Assembly (NCBI GenBank): GCA_965202585.1 | Contig: OZ241834.1 | Span: 19,778,001 to 19,842,000, forward strand | DNA length: 64,000 nt | Reading direction: 5' to 3' | Source of the DNA: Thalia democratica | Lineage: Eukaryota | Part shown: in pieces, positions 34,335-46,500 of the stretch | Numbering within the stretch: position 1 is the first letter of the stretch | Layout: every line of letters starts with the position of its first letter | Notes under the pieces: generated by a model | The model's input: only the letters and a program-made list of their open reading frames with translations | Database searches by the model: none | What the model was told of the DNA's origin: nothing | Made by a program: the position numbers and the translations under genes

Positions 34335-34354
34335 GTTATCACTTTTGAGAAAGA
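34335..34354 (+). terminator. Candidate snRNA-type 3' box downstream of U8
   Basis: GTT...CTTTTGAGAAAGA about 18 nt after the RNA end, conserved after all three copies. Confidence 0.4.
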
Positions 34355-34699
34355 ATTTAATAAACTGTATGCTTAATTGGCAACTCACGATAATTTTTCT
34401 TATTCATTGTCTTATATAGTTCGAATAAAGAAAATATTTAAAACTAGTTTGCCTGTTTTCGTTTAATGTTTCCTTTGTACAAATGTCTTTTTTTTTTACT
34501 AATCAAAGTTGAAATTTAAAAACTCAATCTTTTAATATTAACAACTAAGTTAGTTTTTTTACAATAACCAAATTCATACAGGCTCTATCGTCATATTGTT
34601 TTAATTAAAATTTCTAAAGTCATTATCGTCGGAAAATTAAAACATCACGTCAGCAATCAAGTAAACTTTAAAAGTTTGTATATTTAAGTCATATTGTTT

Positions 34700-34790
34700 A
34701 TTGAAGGATAAAAAAAGCGCTCAAAATGTTTTGTCTAAGGATTTGGTGTACAAAGGAGCTTTTCAGTTATCAAGTCGTACACCACATGCT
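34700..34790 (+). repeat. Member of a dispersed family with a core of about 100 bp (also about 4405-4505, 21430-21480, 24410-24560, 36040-36110, 38420-38530)
   Basis: Shared core GCGCTCAAAA..TTTGGTCTAAGGACCTGGTG(C/T)ACAAA..TTATCAAGTCG(C/T)AC, found in both orientations. Confidence 0.7.
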
Positions 34791-37421
34791 TATAAAGTTT
34801 CTTACGAGCTATTACATATAGTTTTTTTTATCATCAGAATTTGAGATATTTTTGCTCATTTTTTGAATTTTTGTTTTTATCTGACTGTTTTTAGTTTTAT
34901 GAGCTAACTAAAACGTTACTTTTTATTTATTAAAAAAAAAAGAAAACTAGAAAAGAGACAAACTGTTCATTGTTAACACCAGCAATACAACCTTAAACTA
35001 TGTATGTTTTTTGTAAACAAAAATACGGGGTGGGCCATAAAAGTAACAATTTAATAAGTAGATTTAATAACACCTAACTAAAGTCCTTTGAACAAAATTA
35101 GGTTTTTTAACAGGTAAAAGGATATTGTTAAAGTACAGAAAAAATAACAGTTTTTAGCACTTGACCAACTTCTGATAAGTAATTTGAAATATTTTGTGGT
35201 AATTTATATTAGATAAACTATAATGTGGTTATTTCAAAAGTAGTATTAATAGCACGTGTCAATTCTTATTTAAAGTTTCCAAAAGGTATTTTCATATTTA
35301 CCCTGAAACTGAATCCAGAACTGAATTATGTAAGCAAAAAATAATTTTTGTTCGAACAGTTTGTTTATGTAGTTGAATCTTTATTGATTACATTTATACT
35401 CTATCTATATAGCTAAATAGTACAGTTGTGTTACGTTTTTATTTGTTTAATTAAACGTTTGCTTTATTTAATTATTCATTACAATTGTATTACATTTTAT
35501 TATTTTCTTAAAGATTTAAAATAAGTTAAAATATTAGTTAAAAATAGATATTTAACTAATTTTTACCTTTAGTTAAGCGCTGTTGATCGTGGACAAAAAT
35601 TTCTTCTGTTTATTTGTCTATGTTTAACGAATATTAAAAAAATTTTTTTTATTACTTTAGTAAGAAAAAAGTATAACGTATGTAGAGAAATTACTTAACA
35701 AATAATATTGTTTTTTCAATGTATCAAATAAAAGTTTTTAATAAATACAATAAACTTTAAACAGCTCTCTAAGTTATATTTTATTACTATTTCTCTTTTG
35801 GTGTGTTGGTCTTTTTAAAAGTAAAATTTGTCTTTGGTTAAACTATTTAGTGCTGTAGCGCTGCTAGTGTTTATAGTATTTTAACTGTAGAAACGAAATA
35901 CAAACAATGCTAGTTTTACAAAGCTAAGTTTTCTAAAGTGATGAAAAGCATGTAAATTATAATTTTCAGTCTTTATCACTAATATCACATTTATAAAACT
36001 TTATAATATAATTTTAAGTTAATTGAAAAAAATAAAACTAAAAGTATCAAAAAATTTGGTCTAAGGACCTGGTATACAAAAAGACCTCTTAGTCATCTAG
36101 CTGTACACAACACCCAATAACTAATCACAATATGCAATGCCTCTAATAACAGTTAAATATACTTATTGACTTTTTGATTACTTTAAAAATTTCTACACAC
36201 AGTTAATAAAAAGTATATTGAAAAATTTATTGCATAAATAAACAATTAAAACTTCAAAATAAGATACTTGTTTGGGGATTTGAGCTTCATTATTTTCCCA
36301 CCCATTGTGGTTTTTAATGTTGAAATTTTACTGAGTATTTGCTAAATGATGTATCACCAAGGGTTTTTTTTTTCATTTAAAATATATATTTTTTTTTGGT
36401 TAGTTTATGTTATTTTTAAAGGGGCAAGTGAAATTACACATGTTGAAACACTTACTTGCTTGACCTTCAAAAAATGTTAATTGTAGTAGAGGAAAGAGAA
36501 AGACTGATATTTTTCTACCATAAAAAAAAACAAGTGTTTTAGGTTAAAAATAACTCACCCGAATATATTTATTATAGCAAAAGAGTTGAAAAAACAGTGC
36601 TAAAGAACTCCTGAAAATTATTGTAATTTATAAAGTACCTGCATAGTATAAATATAAAGATATTTTAACAAAAAAATATTTTTAATTTTAAATTCAAAAA
36701 TCAGATTACATAGTTTGACTAACTTATGTTTTGGAAGTATATTTTAAAGTTAATAAAAAAGTTTTGTTTATAACAGGGCATCCAGTTTAAAATTAAAAAA
36801 AGTCTGAATCAGCTTTAGTTCATAAAGCTAAAACATAGGCTAACCAAAACTATTTGTTTTAATCATAAGAAGAAAAATAATAAATATTAACTGTATGAAT
36901 GATATTATTTGAATACTAAATAAAGTTAAAAATAACTGAAAAATAAAATTTTTTGTTAATTTGTAAATAAATTGAATAAAATAAAATTTAGGATATATTA
37001 TATATGTTGACAACTGTCTTTTAATCTTGAAAAGTACAACTTTGAGAGTTAATTGATTGTTTGATTAGTCAGAAAACTTATTTCTTTTAAACTTTTATTG
37101 CTTTTTAACTTGAATGCTTACAATAGTTGTAATTTATTGGCATATGTATAAAGTGAAAAAAAAAAACATTTAATATGTTTAATAATTGCTCTTTAAAAAC
37201 AACTTAACTAATTTAAACACACACACATACACATATATATATTTGTTTATATTAATAGTTTTTTTAAAGTTTGGTCAATAGAGCTTAACAAGTTAAGTTG
37301 CAGCTAAATAAACTTGAGCTTTACTGAGGAATACATGAAATAGAAATACCTCATTTACAAAACAGCTGTTTAAAACTGCTGTTTATTATATAATTTATGA
37401 ATATGTTACTTATATTATATT

Positions 37422-37426
<5 letters not shown>

Positions 37427-37457
<31 letters not shown>
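37427..37457. repeat. (TA)n microsatellite upstream of the CPLANE1 start
   Basis: About 15 TA units. Confidence 0.95.
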
Positions 37458-37460
<3 letters not shown>

Positions 37461-37568
37461 CTGGTATTCAACCAAATTGATTTTTTATTTTTTATCATAA
37501 AAATAAAACTACTTTAACTGAAACTTATTTTAACAGAAATTAAACAAATTATTATCTAGTAAATTCAA

Positions 37569-40500
37569 ATGCTGAAAGTTAAAGTAACCCAAGTTAGTAA
37601 AATAAAGAGAAAAAAACCATGGCCAAAACTAAAATGGATAGGGTTAAAAAATGAAAGTCTCTGTATTCATGATAAAAAGCGTCTTTCTCTTCTTTATTTA
37701 CCTTCAGGAAGAACACAAAGAGTTCCACCAGCCTTGCATCCCTACATGAAAGATGTTGTTTTGATAAACACAAGCTCAAATGGTTGGTTTTGAAATAAAA
37801 ATAAGTAATAAAGTCTTGTAGTACATCATAACAGTAGATAAGAGTTAAGCAAACTGTGGTCAGCCTAAATTTAGCCTTTAAAGCAAAAGCGGGCAACACT
37901 CGAGGTGCTTTATACCAAAAAACATACAATACAACCTTACAAAACAATTTTTTTTGGTGGTTATAAAATAACAACTAGGTTCTCAATTTAAAGATTTACA
38001 AATGCTCTAGTATTGCTTATTATATCAAATTTTTGGTTTAAAACAGTATTATTGTATTTTTACTTCAATTACTTATAATAACTTCAATGCATGGAATATT
38101 TTTCGTATAAATGTGGCCTGCAGGCTTCATTTTCTAGGAAAATTGGCAACAACTTATAAAAGACTGCTTACCCTGGTGTTAATAATAACCTAGACAAATT
38201 TTAATTGCTCCTTTTAATTAAAGTTAGTATTAGGTTATGAGTTGGTATAAATAATAGTTTACTAGCTTTATTTTAGTAGATATTTGAAATTTTTTTTTTG
38301 ACTTCAAATGCTACATGCATAATTTTTGGTTATTAATATATAATTTTATAATTTTTTTTCTTATGCTTAGACCTTAAACTGTGTACATTATACAAAATTC
38401 GTGATTATTGTTAATCTGTCCTGGACAAAATGTTAAAAGGTATCCATGGTGTGCGACTTGATAAACGACTGGTTTTTTTTGTGCACCAGGTGTTTGGACC
38501 AAATATTTTGAGCAATTTTTTTGTTGTTCAATAAACAAGATTAAAAGAAAAGTGCTGGAAAATTTTTGCTCAACTTTCTTAAACTAACTTGTAAAATTAA
38601 TAATTACAACTTACCAACTTTCTAACAGGCTTATATGTTATTCTTCTACTTCAAACTGGTAAAATTATTAAATGGACAAAGGATAAGAATTCTTTGACCA
38701 TAATTGAAAAATGTCCAGATTTTAACAAAGTTTCAAACTATGGTCAGTTTGTTCTAGTTTATTTAATTAAGTAAATATATCTTACAAAATTGGTTTTGAA
38801 TAGTATTTTTCTCTACTTAAATAATTTATTTTTTAACAATAAAGATTTATCTGTTACATTAGATGCTTTATTTTTTAAACTGAATTTTCTACTTTTTTTT
38901 TTAAATTAACAATATTTTACATAATAGTTTAAGTTTTTTAGTTTGATATGTTTATTTATCATGTTTTATAAAACTATCCGTTTTTCTTATAAATATTTTA
39001 GTTGTCTCAGTTATACTTATGGCTTATATTTTTATTAATAGAACATGATAGAAGCAAAATTTACATAAGTAATGATGGTAACACACTTGTGCTTCTGGTA
39101 AACTTTCATAATGCATGGATTTGTGAGCTAGATAATATTGTTTCTCAATCCAACAAGCTTGTTGAAGGAAAATGGTCTTTTGTGGCTATCAGCTCACATT
39201 CTATGAAAACTTTATCTAACAAAGAAACTTGTGCTGATTGCTTGTTTTTGAAAAATGAGGTCAGAATTGTGTTTTTTTAATGTTTTATTGCTTTAAGTTT
39301 TATTTAAAATTGATATAAATTACTTTATTTACTAATTCATTAAATTGTGTTGTAATTGTTTAAAAAATGAGATACTTATACTAATATAATGTTAGTTGAG
39401 ATTGTTTTTTATGATTTTTTACAAATTAAAAATCTTTAATTTGTTAACCCTCTTTTAATATTTTGCTATCTTCTTTTTTTGAAAAACTTCAGTTCCTATT
39501 TAAAATTTCAAGTTTGTTTATAACATTTAAAATGATACTTTTGTCTGAGCTCTTCAAACCTAACTCATTGATGTCTTTTGAAAAACTGTTAAATGATATG
39601 ACATAATAGAAGCTATGCATAACTTTTTATTTTTGGTATGCTTTATTTATATAAGCTTTAACTGAAAGCATATGTTTGCTAACTTTAGTTCTAAAAAAAT
39701 CAAGTAAGTCATAAACATAAAGTGAATAATTAATTATAGGTAATAGTTGACTACATCTTTTCAATACTTATTTTATTTTCTACAGTCTCAGGGAAAATGT
39801 TGTATGCTGAGCATACTTCATAACTATCAAGATAGAATGGCTGTCGTCAATGTTTTTCTTAAATGGCTTGAACCTTCACAATGCTTGGAACCTTCCGACC
39901 CAACATTCACTTCTAGTACCAGTAGAATTGATATACCACTGAAGTGTATAAACAATGACTGCAAGCCATTAAGGTTTTGTTATTGCTTTTTTTTATGAAC
40001 TTTTTATTTGTTGATAGATTACACTGAGTATTTTTGAATTTCTGAAAACAAAATCAATTGTTTTATAAGCTATTGTTAGAATTACTTTTTAAATAAACTT
40101 ATAGGCGCACAGGTGCATATGTATGTAGACTTTCACATGATACTAAAACACTTGCAATTTTTATCAATCAGAAGCAACCAAAGCATTCAGCATTATTGTT
40201 TGCTCATCCGTACACAAGAGCTGTTATTAAGTCTAGTTTACAATCACTTGGGTCCACTAGTACTCACGTGCTAGAGAAATATTCGAAGTAAGTTTAAGTT
40301 TAATGTAACACTTCTATAAATTTTCTTTTCTTTATAAAATATAGTTTTCAAATGAAAGTAAATATACACATATATCTTAAAGAATAAAAAAAGTATATAA
40401 ACTCTATGGTTAGAAGTTTTTAACAAAAGTATGGCTAACAAAATATTTTAAAAAGTGCTTGTAGTAGTTTAGCTTAATTGTTATACGATTTTTTTTGATT

Positions 40501-43500
40501 CCTTTATTTTAATACTAGCTTAAAAGTTTTGACCAATAGTTATTTTTAGTTCTACTGTTTTAATTTAGATATTTAAATAAATGGTTCAAGGTTTTTGTAA
40601 ACTAAAGTTGGTATATTTTTATTTTTTAAAGTTTCTAGTTTCTTTCTTTATACTTTAAAAGTTAATTTGCTGTAACACGTTATATTAAAAAAAGTCTCAG
40701 TTTTTGAGAGTGTTTGTGCAATCTAGTTTTAAAAGTTTTGCTTGTATTGAATAAGCCAATATATTTAATTTAACTTTTTTGTAAACTGTATTCTAATGAA
40801 ATCATTAATTAGATCGCAATAATACCTCGTTATACAATAAAAAATTAGTTTTTATAATAAAGTCTTGAAAAATAAATATATTATTTCTCCTTTAGTAGTT
40901 GAGATCTCTTTATTTGTTTTCTAAAAATCAAAACATATATTAATAAATTAGTTTATGTTTTTTTTTAATTATTAGTTCGAGTTTTTTATGAAACAGTACA
41001 GTTTAAAATCATACTGATAATGTTTTATCATAGATTTTTTTTTAAATCTATAAAAATAATAAAACTGTTTCATGAACATGAACAGCAATTTTAGAATTGA
41101 TTTTATAGCCAGAGTTTAAAAAAAAAACTAAATTTGCTATAAATTTCTAAAAGTAACTTTAAAAAAATTTAATTTTGTGAGAAGCCTGCTATGTATGTGT
41201 CATTTAACAATTAAAAATATAAACATACTAAATGTTAAATTTAAACTTGAATTAAATTCAAATTTTTATAGCAAACTTTCTAACAAAAGTAAAGTCAGCC
41301 ATGAGTTTCTTAGGGTAAATATAAAAGAAAGTTATTGCTTATTTTCATCATATATTCGATCAAATAAACATTAATAAATTGAAAACCACCTCTGCTTTTC
41401 TTAAAGAATTTTTTTTTCATTAATCTAATCAACTATTTTTGAACTAAAACTTTGTTTACTTAACATTTTCAACTGAACTCACAAAGATCTTATTGGGTGA
41501 GCGACGCTTGCTGGTCTTCGGACGATCTCCTTCTGACTTGCATCACGAGGAGAGGGAGCGTGATGATGTTCAGCAGGCTGGGAGAGTGCCTCCATATACT
41601 TTCAAGAGGCCTCATGGAATTTCCACCCACAATCTTCCTACCCTTGCTTCCTAACATAGAGCCTTATATGGAGAGGTTGCTTGTTTTGTTACTTTACTGA
41701 CATTTACTTTTAGTCGAAATTTTAAAATAACTTCAACCTATTGACTAAAGGTTAATAATTAATTTCGTTTTAGATTTAAAAAACTTAGTAATAATCTTTT
41801 AATTGAAATTAGAGTCACCTGTAGTGTGGCTTTTAAGTCGCACTTGCATAACTTTTCAACATCATAATGTTATAAAGATTACAAAAAAGACTGTTATGCA
41901 AAAGCAATAGCTAATTTTTTTTTTCTGTTATACAAACTTTCTGATTTACTTTCGAGCGTACTTATGACGTCAAAACCTTATCCTGACAGCAATGAAAAGC
42001 GCAGCAGCAGCCCTGTAGCCACACTATCATCCTCAACAACTTCTGACAACCGGCACAAGAACAAATACTCTGTGACCTTCCATCCCAGGTTGCCGGTGGT
42101 CGTGTGTTCAGACGGCATCAACGTGGTAGCCTTCCAGTTAGCTCGCAACCTGCAACCTTCCGACCTGGCAGCCGACCACCTGATTTCAGCCAACAACATG
42201 ATAAGGAGGTTGCTGAAAACTTACAGCTTCGAAGTGAGCATTTGTTGACTTTTTTGTTCTTTGTTGATGAACAAATATATTTTTTGTGTAGAAGTTCGCT
42301 TACTTGGTTTTAATAAGTTGAAAAGGTTTGTTATAGAGTTTTGAATTTGGGTGAATGTGTTTCTATAATTGCTTAGTATATTTCATATCAAATAGATAAA
42401 TAAAAATATATATAAAGTTTTAAAATAGTCATATACTTTAAAAAATTATATATGTGTATAATTTTTGTCAGTTCTCTTTTATAGACACAGTCCTAAGAAT
42501 AAAACTGGCAAAATAGAGACTTTTAAAACTTAGTTTTTACAAAAAATTGTCTAAATTTTATTTGATTACACTGTCAAATCAAGTTTTCAGGATTTAAAAA
42601 AACAGTGTATTAAATGAAATTCATAATTAAAATTTATAAACGTTTTCACAGTTAAAAGTAGCAAAATCATCCAAATTAGCATTGAGGAACGCTCTAATTG
42701 ATTCTGCCAAGTTTGAGGAACACTCTTTTGTTTTATTTTTGAAAAATCTTAAAGGTAAATTCAAGGTATGTGTTGTTAGTTATTATTTTTTTATTACATT
42801 AAAGATATTTAAAAGTTTTTTTTGATAGCATTTACCAAATTTATGGTCTATTATAGAAAAAGAAAACGAAATTAGATAGCACAAATCAATTTTCTCAATC
42901 TTTAGTCGACACTGCAAATAGCTGTCAATCGGACGAGGATGTTAAAATGCTGCAGTATGAGTGAGTTTTTAAATTGTTGTTTATGTCATTTAAAAAGTTC
43001 TTTTTATAGATTTTAAGTATTTGAAGAAAAAATTTTAAATAAATTTAGGTTTGAAGAAAAAGAAAATGAAGATTTGTCAGGTTGTTATTGTTTTAGAATT
43101 AACATTTGTAATCTTAAGATTGAAGAAATAAAAAATACCTATTTTTTAAAGTTTAGATTAGTTTTATAGTGGTTTCTTTTAACAAACATAGTTTACATCT
43201 TTCAGTAAATAAACTATAAAACTTTATATTTTTATAGATATTTTATAAGTTTTACAAACTTTTCACGTAAAAACGTCTTTAAATTTAAAATTTAAGACTG
43301 TGATAAAAAAGCCACTTGCGCTTCATTCGTATACTTGAGTAAATAATAACTACTATTAATTTATAAATCTTCACTTAAATGCGTATAAAAACAAGAACGT
43401 TTGTTTTAGTTTGAAATAACATATATACAAACTACAACCATTTAATCAGAAGTTTTATTTTACTGATAGAAGATGAAACTGCTACAATCGAACAAAACGT

Positions 43501-46500
43501 TCCAAAGTTGGGGGTCATTGCGAGTGGCGACAGCGGTAAAGTGAGGTTCGGTGATTTGCACCAATCGGGAGGGAGATTTTCCGACTTGCACCAATCAAAA
43601 TCCGCCGTTGACGACGATGCCAGCTTGTTTGTCGTCGATGAAAACGAGCTTCCACGTGATTTTAGTGAGTGTTTTTGTTGATCATAAATGACTTGTTCAC
43701 AGATAATATGGTGTTTGAACAAAATGTTCAAAAATGTCAATTACAATTAAATTTCAATACTATCTCTAAAAAACTTTTGAAATTAACCTTACAGAAAATT
43801 TCATTTTTAAAGATTAAATTAGTTTTTTATATGCCAAATTAATCTTATAACATGGTGGCCCGGAATCCTGGAAAAATCTGAAACTTAAAACAATTTTTAA
43901 ATGAAACTTTATTACATACAAAAAGTAATATGCATATTTTTTTGTATCATTTAGAATTTTGTTTATTATAAAACACATTTAAAGTAGGCTTACTGTATCT
44001 TTTCAATATTTTTATACTTATTAAGACAGCTTTCTATCTTAAATTTAGTTTTATTTTAAAAATAGACAAATAAACTTGTACTTTCAAAAACCTGGAAGAA
44101 ATTCAGAAAGCCTGGGTTTTTTTAAACCTATGGCAACCATATTATAAGTTGATTATTAGATTAGAAAATAAAGATGTAGTATTACGTTTTTAAAGTTTTG
44201 AAAGTCCTCATTGTATTTAACCTTTGTTCAGTCTCATTTTTGCTAAATATCCTATATGTTTTAAACCTTCAGACTCAATGATGAGCGCACTGGAGAAAAT
44301 CGTTGAGAAAATGAAAAGTGCATGGGGCCTCATAATGGTATCGACGTCTTCTTCCAAAGTGCACACCAACCAGCTGGCAAGCACCGATCACTTGGAGTCG
44401 TTCTTCCACCAGACGTTGGAAGTAGTTTGCTCAATGCTGGTTGAAGTCAGTTTGTAGCTTCAAATTGGTGTAGTTGTAAACGCATTGTGAAACTTAAAGT
44501 AAATTATCAGTGTATTTATTATTGTTAAAAAGCAAAATGATAGCTTTTGTCAGTCTGATATTTTTGATATTTGTTTCAATACAATTTTTTTTAATTATAT
44601 TTTTGTACTTAGCTGTTGGCAAACAACAGGCGCAAGACTTGTGCTTATACGTTCCGTGGAGCGCCCAAATGGCCGAACAAAGGATCGGCGAGAAGCAAAC
44701 TCAAGTGCTCCAATTGAAATCCCGAGAGCGCATTTGCTTGCTGTTGAAAAAGATCGCCAAACAGCTGATGCTGGTGGGATGTTGGGGCGGGGGCGCAGAG
44801 ATCGTGGCGTCGTCGGTTCGGACCGTCGCGAGGTCGATCCTGAGGAGCAAGCACCGGTCTCCCGAAGGCGTTCTCACGGTTGAGGATGTCTGTAAGAATA
44901 TTGCGACCTGCGTCGCCGTCGTAACTGAAGCCGAACAAGTTTTGAGCAAAGCTTTTGTGTAAGTTTTAAGTTTTTGATTTATACCCGGTGTGGTTGCTTT
45001 TGAATTTTTTTTTTATCAAGCCCAGGTGTACGATTTTTAATAAAACATCGAATTTTCTAAAGTGAAAGTTTAAAAAAAACAAACCACAGTTTCGAAAAAA
45101 GCCACAGTGGGATAGTTGATGGTGAAATGTTACATGTCGACACTTACAGTAAGTTCAGTGTATACGAATCATTTTCAGACGATATTGTGTTGCCTCAGCT
45201 TTGGATTGATATTCAATTCTTTGCTGAAAAATTAAATTTTACCAAGTACAAAGAACAAGTGAGTGCCAAGTACTTTAGTTAATTTATTAAAAATAATACT
45301 AAATCAATAGATTGCAGTGAACTGTTTTAAGACTGAAAGAGATTGATATTCCCTGAAATAGTTATTAATCATAAATGAATACAAGTATCTGACATTTTTA
45401 AGCTGAGTAAATGATATTGAAAATAATATTAAGCACACAAAGTTGTCAAAAGTTTATATAATATTAAGGATATACATTTTGTTTTAATTGGTATAGTAAT
45501 TATTTATATCAACAGCATTTCATTGTAAAAAATTCAATTGTAATTTTAAAAATTTAAGTGAGGTAAGTACTAATAAAGCTTAGTTATTTTTGTAAACTAG
45601 TTAATTTGTTTAATGTGCTGTACTTTTAAGACTTTGCAATAAGAATTGTTAGTTCTGTAGACATCTATGTTTGTTTTAGAACTGATAAAGATTTTTATTT
45701 TAAAGGTTTATGTTTTTTTCATAAAATGTATAAGGAGTTATATCACAGTTCATTAAGACAAAAAGAGCGTATGTATTACAAACAAAAAAATATTTACAGA
45801 TTAGTTTAACATAGTTTTTTAATACATTAACAATGCAGAAAATTTTTAAATAACTTGAAGGTTTACTAAATGCTTTTGAAGTTACTAAACTAAAACTTAG
45901 TTTTAGCGCAAAAAAATGTCTCTTTTGAAGATGATCTCTTAAAACATGCGCTTTTCATGACTACCAAAACAGGAAAAATTTTAGCAGACAAATATTTAAC
46001 GCTGATAACTGTTTTTGATAACTTTTTATTTTAGCGCTCGGTTCGCTCTATTTTTAGTTATAAGTTGTTTTTGTAAATAAAAATTCTAATTTTAGAAAAA
46101 GCTCTAAGCATTTTAAATACATTTAGTTATATTTGTGCTTGAAAAATTATTTATTACAAAATAACCATAATCTTTCTAGAGGTATAACAAAGAAAATGTC
46201 TAATCTACCAAATTAACTTTCTGATATTTGATGAATTACTATAACTTTTTCTTGACAACTTTTTTTTTATCTTGCGGGCAACTTACTACAATGACAGTCA
46301 TAACAATTCCTTAAAGAAAATGTTAACCACAAACAATCTAATTAAGTTAAATCTAGCAAATTATTACAACATGAATTAATTAGCTATACGACTGAGATCA
46401 TCAGTATTGTACACTACATAGTGACGCTCTAGACCAAGGTTTCCCAAAATTTTTTGCAAATGGCCACCTTTAAAGAAATTGGAATGGCAATGGCCCCCTT

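Noticed and set aside
35024-35045. TACGGGGTGGGCC mariner-like terminus
   Set aside because: No second terminus was found.
36800-37568. RFX X-box upstream of the ciliary gene CPLANE1
   Set aside because: No convincing X-box was seen and the transcription start is unknown.
41951-41989. Non-canonical GAG splice acceptor for CPLANE1 exon 7
   Set aside because: A canonical CAG in the same phase exists at 41987-41989; no non-GT-AG intron was needed in the model.
45096-45112. CACAGTGGG as another Transib end
   Set aside because: It is the splice acceptor of a CPLANE1 exon, and no partner terminus or TSD was found.
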